The notes below the pieces were generated by a model that had not been told where the DNA came from, searched no databases, and saw nothing but the letters and a program-made list of their open reading frames with translations. A stretch of DNA of 64,000 bases. Origin: Elusimicrobiota bacterium (GTDB taxonomy: Bacteria; Elusimicrobiota; Elusimicrobia; F11). This document shows positions 32,779-41,586 of the stretch, in pieces. The position numbers and the translations under genes were made by a program. The stretch lies in assembly GCA_044221725.1 (NCBI GenBank), contig JBGAON010000001.1, positions 64,001 through 128,000 on the forward strand, written 5' to 3'. Numbering within the stretch: the stretch's first letter is position 1; the number at the start of each line of letters is the position of its first letter.

Positions 32779-34246
32779 TCATAGGAAGTGTGAAACGGAA
32801 CATGGCCCCGCCTCCCATCCTATTCTCCGCCCATATTTTTCCGCCGTGCGCCGACACGATGGCCCGGCAAATCGCCAATCCCAAACCCGCACCGGAAGAG
32901 GAGCGCGCATGGAAAAATTTCTCAAACACACGTTCGACATCAGATTCATTTAATCCAGATCCCCGATCAGCGACAGTTACGCTTACCATTCCCTGCTGCA
33001 GCGTGGCGCCTATATCAATCGCGCTTTTGACAGGAGTATGGCGAATGGCGTTCTCCAACAAATTAATAAATACCTGCTCGATCAACATTCCATCGAGCGG
33101 CACGGCAGGCAAATCCTGAGGTAGTTTTACATCAACCTTTCGATCTTGGAGAGATTTCTCGAGCCGGCCTAACGCGCTTCCGACAATCTCTTCCAACGGA
33201 TAAAGCTCCTTTTTTATTTGCACGGCTCCCGATTCAAGGCGGGTTGCCTCCAACAGATTCTGCACCAACTTTGAAAGGCGCTCTGCTTCCGATTGAATTG
33301 TTTCCAATAGTTCCAAACCCTTGGGGCCTTTCCGCATCTCTTCGTTTCCTATGAGGGTGCTGGCCGACCCCACTATTGCTGTCAGCGGGGTCCGAAGATC
33401 ATGTGAGACTGAACTTAAGAGAGAACTCCGAAGCCGCTCTGTTTCCACTTCGACCTCGACTTTTTTAGCGTTCTCCTGCAATTTGTCGACTTCCAAGGCG
33501 AGCGCGATCTGATGGGCAAAAGAATCGAGCAATAGCCTTTGCTCTTTTACCATCGTTTGATCTTTTACACGCGGACTGATGCTCATGACTCCAACCGAAC
33601 CTTCCGCTCCCACGAGCGGAACATACAAGGAATTTTCTGATGGGACGGATTGAGTGCCCAATCCTGCGGGTTGCTCTTGGTCATAAGCCCATTGAGCGAT
33701 GCCAATCTCTTTTTCCGTTGGGATATTTTTACCCGAGTCTGCATTTGCCACCAAACGATCATTCGAGTTTGGAAGGAATATAACGACATCAGAATTAAAT
33801 ACTTCTGAGATTTGACGAACCGCCATACTCAAAACATCCTCCAATCCTCGCGCTTTGGCAAGCTGTTGAGTGAACGCATGCATCAAAGTCATTCTCGACT
33901 GACCTTGCCGGGCGGCTTCCGCCTCTGATCTCAGGCGAATTGTTAAATGACTAATCACCATCGCGGCGATAAACATGACGATAAAAGTCCAGATATATTG
34001 GGCATCCGATACCGCAAACGAAAAACGCGGCGGAACGAAGAAAAAATCGAAGCAAAGAACACCAAGTGTGGCGCAAAGGGCTGATGGTCCCCGCCCACCT
34101 CTCGTCGCGACGACAAGTGTTCCCAATAAATAAATCATGACGAGGTTGGTAAGTTCGAAAAACGGAAACATCGCGAATGAGACAGCCGTGCATAAGCCCA
34201 CCACGACAATTGAAAAGAGGAATTGATTACGAAGAACTTTATTCAC
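32762..34246 (-). CDS. kdpD: KdpD kinase half (4TM, GAF, HisKA, HATPase) lacking the N-terminal KdpD/Usp domains
   Basis: [15 protein letters not shown] motif, SVSHDLRTPL H-box, NLLENA, DRGSG, GAGLGLAI. Confidence 0.9.
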   Translation of the reverse strand: MNKVLRNQFLFSIVVVGLCTAVSFAMFPFFELTNLVMIYLLGTLVVATRGGRGPSALCATLGVLCFDFFFVPPRFSFAVSDAQYIWTFIVMFIAAMVISHLTIRLRSEAEAARQGQSRMTLMHAFTQQLAKARGLEDVLSMAVRQISEVFNSDVVIFLPNSNDRLVANADSGKNIPTEKEIGIAQWAYDQEQPAGLGTQSVPSENSLYVPLVGAEGSVGVMSISPRVKDQTMVKEQRLLLDSFAHQIALALEVDKLQENAKKVEVEVETERLRSSLLSSVSHDLRTPLTAIVGSASTLIGNEEMRKGPKGLELLETIQSEAERLSKLVQNLLEATRLESGAVQIKKELYPLEEIVGSALGRLEKSLQDRKVDVKLPQDLPAVPLDGMLIEQVFINLLENAIRHTPVKSAIDIGATLQQGMVSVTVADRGSGLNESDVERVFEKFFHARSSSGAGLGLAICRAIVSAHGGKIWAENRMGGGAMFRFTLPMSENGH

Positions 34247-34544
34247 GATAAATTCATTTTACTTGTTACCCCTATAAAGAGCATCTGAAACGTCCTCCTT
34301 TTGTGTTGGTTTCGTCGCTTGAAGAAGGTAGTCCTTCCCCGATCAAACAATCCATAAATTGATTCGCCAAATTTCGAGGAGTCGGAATCGATTTGAGTTA
34401 TTGGGCTAGTTTGACGACAAAAGCCCTTGATTGATTCGCGAACTCGCTGTACTTGGGTCCGGACAAAGCGGAAAAATAACCCAAACGGGGCAACGGGTTA
34501 CACGAACGGCGCAACGTGGGCGAGATTAGGAGGCATTTAAGGGT

Positions 34545-34781
34545 ATGCAGAACACCATCAAATTCAAAGTGGACGACTGGGTAGAAATTGTTGAGGCGCT
34601 CGGATCAAAGATCGGCATGATTGAATCCGGCCAGCTCGGGCCGGAGGATCAGCGCGGGCAAGACAAGGAATGGATCGCGCATTTACGCCGGATCATCCGA
34701 AAAATCGAAGGCCCAAAATGCGAAGGCGTGAACTTCGCCGTTTTCAAGAAAACAGTCACAACAAAAAAAGGAGGACGCTAA
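34545..34781 (+). CDS. Hypothetical phage protein
   Basis: AGGAGG SD; first of a tightly coupled run ending in the recombinase. Confidence 0.6.
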   Translation: MQNTIKFKVDDWVEIVEALGSKIGMIESGQLGPEDQRGQDKEWIAHLRRIIRKIEGPKCEGVNFAVFKKTVTTKKGGR

Positions 34782-34782
34782 C

Positions 34783-35256
34783 ATGAACGCCATCGACGCA
34801 AAAGTAGGTCAGAAGTACCTGTCAAAAAAAGGAACACCTGTCACGGTAGTCGGCCACAAGGGCGACAAAGTAACCCTAAAAATCAGCGGATCCGAAAATG
34901 AAATCGACGTCGTTAAAAACTACGAGTTGAAGCCCTATCGGGACGCGGAGGTCAACAAGGAGGCAAAGATTCTTATCCGCGCCAGTGGTGGCGGTCAGGG
35001 CAAAGGCGGTCGAAAGCCGAGCAAAGAATCGCTCTCCGCTACCATTGACCCCATGCTCTTCGCGGGCGGAAAGACCGTAAAGGAAATTGCGGAACTCGCG
35101 ATTAAAAACGCGCCCGATCTCGTGAAAGGAAAAGATGTCGAGGCCAACGTGCGCGCCCGCATGGTTTCTTTTTCCCGCAAAGGGTGGAAGATCGAGAAGG
35201 ACGATACGAAACACGTATGCGTTATCAAGCCGAAGGAGGTTGCCCATGCGAATTAA
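34783..35256 (+). CDS. Hypothetical basic protein, possible C-terminal winged HTH
   Basis: AGGAGG SD; GGKTVKEIAE...VRARMVSFSRKGW. Confidence 0.65.
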   Translation: MNAIDAKVGQKYLSKKGTPVTVVGHKGDKVTLKISGSENEIDVVKNYELKPYRDAEVNKEAKILIRASGGGQGKGGRKPSKESLSATIDPMLFAGGKTVKEIAELAIKNAPDLVKGKDVEANVRARMVSFSRKGWKIEKDDTKHVCVIKPKEVAHAN

Positions 35257-35557
35257 CCAAGGCGACAAGTTTTGGGTAGTGGTCGACGCCAAATCGACCA
35301 GCGAATTGAGCGACATCCTGTTTGAGACGACCATAGATGGGCTGGAGCGCCAATTCAAAGGAGGGTTGACCTCGGACGACAACGTCACCATCTTCGCAGA
35401 CCATAACGAGGCGGCGATGGAGGCGCACCGACGCATGACCGCCGTCAACGTGGCCGAGGCGATCAAGAACATGGCCTCGGCCGACAGCATGAAGAAGGCC
35501 AAAACAGTCGAATTCAAATCCGCCTCCGGCGCGGTGGTGTTTTCCGTGAAATTATGA
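35246..35557 (+). CDS. Hypothetical phage protein
   Basis: AAGGAGGT SD before ATG 35246; stop overlaps the recombinase ATG. Confidence 0.65.
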   Translation: MRINQGDKFWVVVDAKSTSELSDILFETTIDGLERQFKGGLTSDDNVTIFADHNEAAMEAHRRMTAVNVAEAIKNMASADSMKKAKTVEFKSASGAVVFSVKL

Positions 35558-36444
35558 CGGTTAACGCGGCTCTCTTGGCCCGGTTTCTCACCCATCTCCG
35601 CGTGGAGCGCGGGTTGTCAAAATCTACGGAGATCACGTACCGCCATCAACTTCTCGCCTATCTAAACTTCCTCGACCAGAACCGTCAAAGCGTTGAGTCC
35701 GCGACGCACGATGACGTCATGGCGTTTCAAGAACAACGAAAGAACCTGGGGCTTAAATCCGCCTCCCTTTTCATCTCTGCGGTGACGATACGGCAGTTCC
35801 ACCGCTTCCTCAAAGGCCGGGGCCACGCGTCATCCGACCCGACAAGCGAATTCCGGCTGCCAAAATTCAAGCAGCGGATTCCGCAGCCCATCAACGCGAA
35901 CGATATGGAAAAATTGTTGGAGTCTGCTCCCAGTCAAAAGTTCACGGTCATTCGTAACCACGCCATGCTCGAACTTGCCTTCGGGACGGGCATGCGAGTT
36001 ACCGAACTGACTGGCCTCAATGTCAACCAAATCAATTTGACCGAAGGGTGGGTCCGAGTTTTGGGAAAGGGGTCCAAGGAGCGAATCATTCCGGTGGGCA
36101 CCAAAGCCATCGAAGCTTTGGCCATTTATCTTGAAGCCAGGAAGTCGCGATACCCCAATGAGGACGGGCCTTTGTTTGTTAATTCGAGGGGAAAAAGGCT
36201 AACACGGGCGGGATTCTGGTGGCTTTTGCGAGGGAAGGCCAACCAGAAAGGCATCAAGGCAAGAATCTCTCCACACCAACTGAGGCATAGCTATGCCACG
36301 GCCCTTTTGGAGGGCGGCGCCTCGTTGAGAACAATTCAGGTTTTAATGGGGCACGAGCGACTGGATACCCTGCAAAAATATACTCACGTGAGCGCGAAAC
36401 TTCTGAGAGAAACCTGCCGCAAAAGCCACCCACGATTCTCCTGA
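35554..36444 (+). CDS. XerC/D-like tyrosine recombinase
   Basis: GMRVTEL, GKGSKER, HQLRHSYAT and MGH...KYTH catalytic residues; SAM-like N-terminus. Confidence 0.93.
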   Translation: MTVNAALLARFLTHLRVERGLSKSTEITYRHQLLAYLNFLDQNRQSVESATHDDVMAFQEQRKNLGLKSASLFISAVTIRQFHRFLKGRGHASSDPTSEFRLPKFKQRIPQPINANDMEKLLESAPSQKFTVIRNHAMLELAFGTGMRVTELTGLNVNQINLTEGWVRVLGKGSKERIIPVGTKAIEALAIYLEARKSRYPNEDGPLFVNSRGKRLTRAGFWWLLRGKANQKGIKARISPHQLRHSYATALLEGGASLRTIQVLMGHERLDTLQKYTHVSAKLLRETCRKSHPRFS

Positions 36445-36484
36445 ATGCAGAACTGCGGAATGATGGACTAATTTCACAAACAGT

Positions 36485-36513
36485 TTTACAAGTAGTCCAA
36501 AACCGTCTAAAAT
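36485..36513 (+). promoter_or_regulatory. Sigma70-type promoter for the AAA/S8 pair
   Basis: TTTACA (36485-36490), 17 bp, TAAAAT (36508-36513); ATG at 36524. Confidence 0.65.
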
Positions 36514-36523
36514 CCTCGTTATC

Positions 36524-37627
36524 ATGACGGTGAATCAAGTGGAAGAAAAAACACAGTTGGATTCTAGTTTAGTCCAATTGGCCCGGTTGGCGCTCAGTGG
36601 ACGGCGGCAAGATATTGAACTTTTTATCCGCCGACTCATCCATAACAATGGATTGTCCGTCGATGCCTCAAAAAAGCTGACGCGGCTTCTTCAAGACTCG
36701 CCTACCAAGAACTCTCCGCTTCGCAACGAGACGTTTCCCGCTCTTCCCGTGGATATGGATTCGCGGCTTCAACTCTTACGACAGGAATATCCTGCGGTGA
36801 TCGATCAAGAGCCGATTTGGGCTCCCAGTGTACGGAGCAACCTAGAACAGATCATTCAGGAACGCGAGCAAGAATCGAATTTGATCCGGGCCGGCATTCA
36901 GCCCAGCCGGTCTTTGCTTTTTACAGGAGAGCCGGGCGTTGGAAAATCTTTAGCGGCCCGCTGGCTCGCCAACAAACTCCAACTTCCTCTGTTGATTCTT
37001 GATTTGTCCGCTGTCATGAGCAGTTTTTTGGGGCGCACTGGGGCCAACGTGCGGAACGTGATCGACTACGCCAAGGGGAGCCGTGCAATTCTTCTCCTGG
37101 ATGAATTCGATGCGATTGCGAAACGGCGCGACGACGCCGTAGAGGTGGGCGAGTTAAAACGCCTTGTGACGGTTCTTCTCCAAGAGATAGATGACTGGCC
37201 ATCAACCGGAATTCTCATCGCGGCCACCAATCATTCCAACCTACTTGATCCCGCTGTCTGGCGGCGGTTTGATCTTCTCGTCGAGTTTCCCATGCCAACG
37301 GAAGAACAAGTAGGCGAAAAAATAAAGAATGTTTTTGGCGCTGACTCTGAATTGTCCCAGGAGTGGATTGATATTTTGCGCCTGCTTTTGGCGGGATCGT
37401 CATTCGCGGAAATAGAACGAGAGTTGCTCACCATTCGCCGTCGAGCAATTATTAGTCAATCGTCGCATCAAGACCTGATCACGGAATTTGTTAAAAGCAA
37501 AACACAACAACTCAGGAATAAGACCCGTGTTAATATCGCCCAACGCCTGATCGAGTTGGGCTACTCTCAAAGACGAGCTCATGAATGGACAGGCGTAAGC
37601 CGAGACACAATAAGAAAGACGATCTAG
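36524..37627 (+). CDS. ietA: AAA+ ATPase, IetA-like
   Basis: GEPGVGKS Walker A, LLLDEFD Walker B, AATNH, LDPAVWRRFD; C-terminal HTH; paired with an S8 peptidase. Confidence 0.85.
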   Translation: MTVNQVEEKTQLDSSLVQLARLALSGRRQDIELFIRRLIHNNGLSVDASKKLTRLLQDSPTKNSPLRNETFPALPVDMDSRLQLLRQEYPAVIDQEPIWAPSVRSNLEQIIQEREQESNLIRAGIQPSRSLLFTGEPGVGKSLAARWLANKLQLPLLILDLSAVMSSFLGRTGANVRNVIDYAKGSRAILLLDEFDAIAKRRDDAVEVGELKRLVTVLLQEIDDWPSTGILIAATNHSNLLDPAVWRRFDLLVEFPMPTEEQVGEKIKNVFGADSELSQEWIDILRLLLAGSSFAEIERELLTIRRRAIISQSSHQDLITEFVKSKTQQLRNKTRVNIAQRLIELGYSQRRAHEWTGVSRDTIRKTI

Positions 37628-39876
37628 CTTCAGCCCAATCTCCGGCTACCCGGGCCAATTACATCCTGGCTCATGGGGAACGGCTTACCAAACCGGTCAG
37701 TATTCCTCGCGGCGCTGGTGAGAAAGTTCATCCCTATTCCTTCGCCGAGGCCAAAGACCGCCTTCGCCCTCAGATAAAAAAAGTCGTCGAAACCGTTTTC
37801 GCTCTGCCAGCGGACACCTGCCCCAACGATGAAACCGTCATCGGTCTCACGCTTCATCCTTCTTACCTGGCCAAGTCTTATTTCCCAGTCAATCTTCTTC
37901 GCGCCTTAAACTTGCGAGTAGTAGGAAGTCAACGGAAGATGATTTCTCCTGAGAAAACGGTGGGCAAAAAAACGTCAGGAGAAGTTCCGACCGTTGAGTT
38001 ATTTGTGGCAGGACAGCGAAGTGCCATTCAGCGGTTAGCGGAACGGCAAGACAAATGGAATCCTCGATCCACGGAAGCTCAAGACCTGATCCGGATCGAG
38101 AGGATTCAACCCATCAAGCCGGAAGACAAATTTGTTCCTTTTGATTCCAAGGAGGAAGTACCGCTCCTTGAAATTGTTCTCCACGCTTCCAAGAACGCTG
38201 AATCGCGTTACATTGTGGAAGGTTTTTTCAAATTTCTCTCCGGCCTGGGGATCGAGGCCAAGTATTCTGAAAAGAAGCTTTTCGTTGGCGGCTTGTGCTT
38301 TATTCCGCTTCGAGCGCCTCAATCATTGATTCCAAAAATCATCTCCTATTCCTTCTTACGAGTTCTCCGAAAGATGCCGTCTCTGCGGAGCTTCCTTCCG
38401 TTGCTTCGCATGGCCACGAAGACCGAGCCTTTCCCTTTTGATTCTCCTGAGGGAGGCCCTATAAATCCGGATATCCACACAGTTGTTATGGACGGAGGAA
38501 TACCCAGCAATGCAAATCTGAGTCGTTGGGTTCACTACGAAAAGGCTCCTGGCGTAACCGAGGAGGATGAGGATGGACTCAAGCACGGCCTTACCGTCAC
38601 CTCGGCCGTGCTCTTTGGTCCGCTTCAGAAGGACGCTCCGGTTTCCTTTCCGTTCTCACGATTGGATCATTACTGCGTTCTCGGAAAAAACGACCAGGGA
38701 GATTTCATTTACGATGTTCTCGCTCGCGTGATTTCCGTCCTTGAATCCAAGCGGTATGAATTCGCCAACCTAAGCCTCGGACCACGTCTTCCTATCGAAG
38801 ACAACCATGTCGATCCGTGGACATCGGTGATTGACCAAGTGCTCTCGGATGGGAAAATTTTCTTGACAGTGGCCGTTGGCAACGATGGAGACAAAGACAG
38901 GCCCTCCGGCAACGCCCGCATTCAGATCCCTGCGGATTGTGTGAATGCCGTTTCGGTCGGCGCCGCCGATTCATTGTCGAGAATATGGCGGCGGGCTCCT
39001 TATAGTTCCATTGGGCCTGGACGAACACCTGGTTACTTCAAGCCGGATGTGGTTGCGTTTGGGGGGGCGGACGCGGAACCTTTTTGGGTCATCGATCCGC
39101 AGAATCCAGCGTCGACATTTCCAGCGGGAGGGACCAGCTACTCGTCGCCCGCCGCTTTGCGTATCGCTTTGGGCTTAAGATCTCAATACGGGGGCGACCT
39201 TAAACCGCTCGTACTTAAAGCCTTGCTTGTCCATCACAGCGACTCGCTCGGTCACGATAAGATCGAGGTTGGATGGGGAAGGATTCCGGCTTCACTCGAT
39301 GCTTATATGAAGTGTCCCCCGGGCACGATAAAAATTCTCTATCAAGGTGAACTCCCACCCAAAAAATATCTCCGGATCCCCGTGCCGCTGCCGAAGGAAA
39401 CCCTGAAAGGCAATGTGACAATCAAAGCCACTCTGTGTTACGCCACCGAAACCGATCCAGAGCATCCCTTCCATTACAGCCGGAGCGGTCTTGAAGTTAC
39501 TTTCCGGCCGCATTCAAAAGTTCGGTCCCGTCCGGAGCAAGAACAACCAAAAACCACGTCTTTTTTTAGGCCGGACGATCAATACATGACAGAAAGCGCG
39601 TTACGCCGGAGCGCTTTCAAATGGGAATCCACCTTGCATGGGCAGAAGAGAATGAGAGGAGCGAGTCTTGACGATCCCGTGTTCGATGTCCATTACATGG
39701 CGAGAACGGGGGGCAGGCCAGCGAAAGACCCCAAACCAATCGCGTATGCTTTCGTTTTAACGGTCGAAGCGCCCAATCACCCTGACCTCTATGACAACGT
39801 TGTCGTCAGGTATCGAACCCAACTGGAAGCGCTGCGACCTGTGGTTGAGATTCCCATCCAATCTCAGGGAATGTGA
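37585..39876 (+). CDS. ietS: Subtilisin-like S8 serine peptidase, IetS-like
   Basis: Catalytic triad motifs VMDGG, HGLTVTS and GTSYSSP; AVGNDG oxyanion; KPDVVAFGG; no signal peptide. Confidence 0.85.
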   Translation: MDRRKPRHNKKDDLASAQSPATRANYILAHGERLTKPVSIPRGAGEKVHPYSFAEAKDRLRPQIKKVVETVFALPADTCPNDETVIGLTLHPSYLAKSYFPVNLLRALNLRVVGSQRKMISPEKTVGKKTSGEVPTVELFVAGQRSAIQRLAERQDKWNPRSTEAQDLIRIERIQPIKPEDKFVPFDSKEEVPLLEIVLHASKNAESRYIVEGFFKFLSGLGIEAKYSEKKLFVGGLCFIPLRAPQSLIPKIISYSFLRVLRKMPSLRSFLPLLRMATKTEPFPFDSPEGGPINPDIHTVVMDGGIPSNANLSRWVHYEKAPGVTEEDEDGLKHGLTVTSAVLFGPLQKDAPVSFPFSRLDHYCVLGKNDQGDFIYDVLARVISVLESKRYEFANLSLGPRLPIEDNHVDPWTSVIDQVLSDGKIFLTVAVGNDGDKDRPSGNARIQIPADCVNAVSVGAADSLSRIWRRAPYSSIGPGRTPGYFKPDVVAFGGADAEPFWVIDPQNPASTFPAGGTSYSSPAALRIALGLRSQYGGDLKPLVLKALLVHHSDSLGHDKIEVGWGRIPASLDAYMKCPPGTIKILYQGELPPKKYLRIPVPLPKETLKGNVTIKATLCYATETDPEHPFHYSRSGLEVTFRPHSKVRSRPEQEQPKTTSFFRPDDQYMTESALRRSAFKWESTLHGQKRMRGASLDDPVFDVHYMARTGGRPAKDPKPIAYAFVLTVEAPNHPDLYDNVVVRYRTQLEALRPVVEIPIQSQGM

Positions 39877-39882
39877 TGGCAC

Positions 39883-40191
39883 TCACGCGGCGCGATTCTT
39901 TTTCAGCAAAGAGCCGATAGCCGAGAAAAGTCCCGTCAAATTTTTATCAATATCCCGCATGCTCGATGCCGCTCCTCCCGACCCGAGTCCGATCGCCAAA
40001 GACGTGAGCCAATCGTGTCCTTGAGATCGAGCGAATAAGCCGGCTGAAGCGATTCCAATCAAAATGGGTAAAAGAGCGTTCCACCCATGCGCTTTATCAC
40101 CCCACTGCTCGGTCTTCAGGATTTTTTTTGCTGCCGCGGTCACGAATGGAATTAATCCCGTGATCAACGCGATCATACTTGTTGGTTCCAT
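39883..40191 (-). CDS. Putative holin
   Basis: Small, 2-3 hydrophobic segments, basic tail, next to the endolysin. Confidence 0.65.
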   Translation of the reverse strand: MEPTSMIALITGLIPFVTAAAKKILKTEQWGDKAHGWNALLPILIGIASAGLFARSQGHDWLTSLAIGLGSGGAASSMRDIDKNLTGLFSAIGSLLKKNRAA

Positions 40192-40206
40192 CTGATGTTT
40201 CCTCCT

Positions 40207-40773
40207 CTATAACTCGGCTCGGAAAATTTGGAGATTCCATGAATTTCCTGGGCACGACTTTTGTCTTGGAATTTTTAACCGGTCAAACACCTCACGATGG
40301 CCGATGACCTGCTCTTTGGGAATTTTGAATGCGGCCATTAGGGCGCGGGTAACATTGAGGTTGAATTCCCAGAGTTCTGGCAGAGGTGAGATGGCGTCGT
40401 AATTCCCAATGCAACAGATCCCGATGAAATTTTCATTGAAGGCGTTTGATACTCCTGCGACACCGGCATGGGCTCCCACCATCGATAGAAGGCGTCCCCA
40501 CTGAAATACCGGTTTCCCATTCACCAGCTCCGTCCCGCCGTGATATCCCACAGCGTTCCACGGTTTCTGAAACGTTTTTCCTTGATGCACAGTTAATCTC
40601 CGTTCAAATTCTTCCTTGGTTACAATGTCGAAATCAATCCGGTAGCTGGTGTGGTATTTGATGATTGAGTCCCAGTCTCGCGTCACCTTGTCGGGTGATG
40701 CCGAATGGTGCCAACAAATGCCCTTCCATTTTCGTGCGCTGGCTATTGGAATGTTGAGTTTGAAAGCTGTCAT
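40207..40773 (-). CDS. Endolysin, N-acetylmuramoyl-L-alanine amidase (Amidase_2)
   Basis: WHHSA, VGYH, GAHAG, IGICCIGNY, IGHRE and KSCPG Zn-amidase motifs. Confidence 0.9.
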   Translation of the reverse strand: MTAFKLNIPIASARKWKGICWHHSASPDKVTRDWDSIIKYHTSYRIDFDIVTKEEFERRLTVHQGKTFQKPWNAVGYHGGTELVNGKPVFQWGRLLSMVGAHAGVAGVSNAFNENFIGICCIGNYDAISPLPELWEFNLNVTRALMAAFKIPKEQVIGHREVFDRLKIPRQKSCPGNSWNLQIFRAEL

Positions 40774-41151
40774 TTATCCTCCCAGAAGCCGGACCCGCAG
40801 AATTTGGTAGGCCATTGCCAAAAGTCCGCCCATAATTCCCGCAAACGACACCCAGAAGATTCCGGCCATAATACGGCCCAACACTTTCTCCAGATGAATA
40901 ACCGTTGATTTCTCCGCCGCGAGTTCATGCTGGATGTCATTTAATTTGACCGCGAGTTCGGTGATCTTGGCGGAGTTTTCCTGACCGGTTTTGGCGACGC
41001 CGAAATCGAGCCGGTTAAACAGGTGATCGATACGCTCCTTGGTAGAGTTGTCCTTTTGGAACAGCTCGCTCACTTGATCTTTCAGCTTGTCGAGCTTTTG
41101 ATCGACGGCGAGATACAAGGAATAGTCGTGACCTTCGGATTCTTTCTCCAA
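40774..41151 (-). CDS. Coiled-coil protein with C-terminal TM, lysis-associated
   Basis: Coiled coil plus one TM helix, directly upstream of the endolysin. Confidence 0.55.
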   Translation of the reverse strand: MEKESEGHDYSLYLAVDQKLDKLKDQVSELFQKDNSTKERIDHLFNRLDFGVAKTGQENSAKITELAVKLNDIQHELAAEKSTVIHLEKVLGRIMAGIFWVSFAGIMGGLLAMAYQILRVRLLGG

Positions 41152-41152
41152 T

Positions 41153-41584
41153 TTATTTCTCCTGATAATTTATGACGAAGAAGAATCTCTGCCCTGCGCC
41201 GGCCCCGGCCACAACTACGTTCACCGCTTCGTTCACGTTTCCATCAATATAGACGGGGGCAAGACTGCCCGATTCATCACTCCGGTAAATCTTGTGGATA
41301 AGTTTTCCACTCACCGCGAATCGAATGTCCGCTTCATAACCGGAAGCGGGCTCCGGCGTGATCATCACGCCTCGCACTGCCACTTTTTTTCCAGCGGATG
41401 GTGTCACGAGGGTGACTGTTCCATTGCCCACCTTCTCCAATGTGGCGGTAAGTAGGCCGACGCTATTAGCCGCAAGAACCACCGGAAGTGGATTTACATC
41501 TGATGCACGCCTTGTCTCTCCGTTTTGTTCGTAGAGAATAGTCGGGATACCGTTTCCGTCTCTGATTGCTGATTCGTTTGCCAT
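41153..41584 (-). CDS. Phage structural/hypothetical protein
   Basis: Coupled ORF in the tail module; ASDVNPLPV motif; beta-rich. Confidence 0.6.
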   Translation of the reverse strand: MANESAIRDGNGIPTILYEQNGETRRASDVNPLPVVLAANSVGLLTATLEKVGNGTVTLVTPSAGKKVAVRGVMITPEPASGYEADIRFAVSGKLIHKIYRSDESGSLAPVYIDGNVNEAVNVVVAGAGAGQRFFFVINYQEK

Positions 41585-41586
41585 GT

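Larger units (their letters stand above)
11790..34250. mobile_element. Accessory region / putative genomic island or prophage cargo (boundaries approximate)
   Basis: Starts with truncated mobile-element genes, holds unrelated functional cassettes, abuts a recombinase and prophage, and shares an RNA motif with the prophage. No att sites found. Confidence 0.45.
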
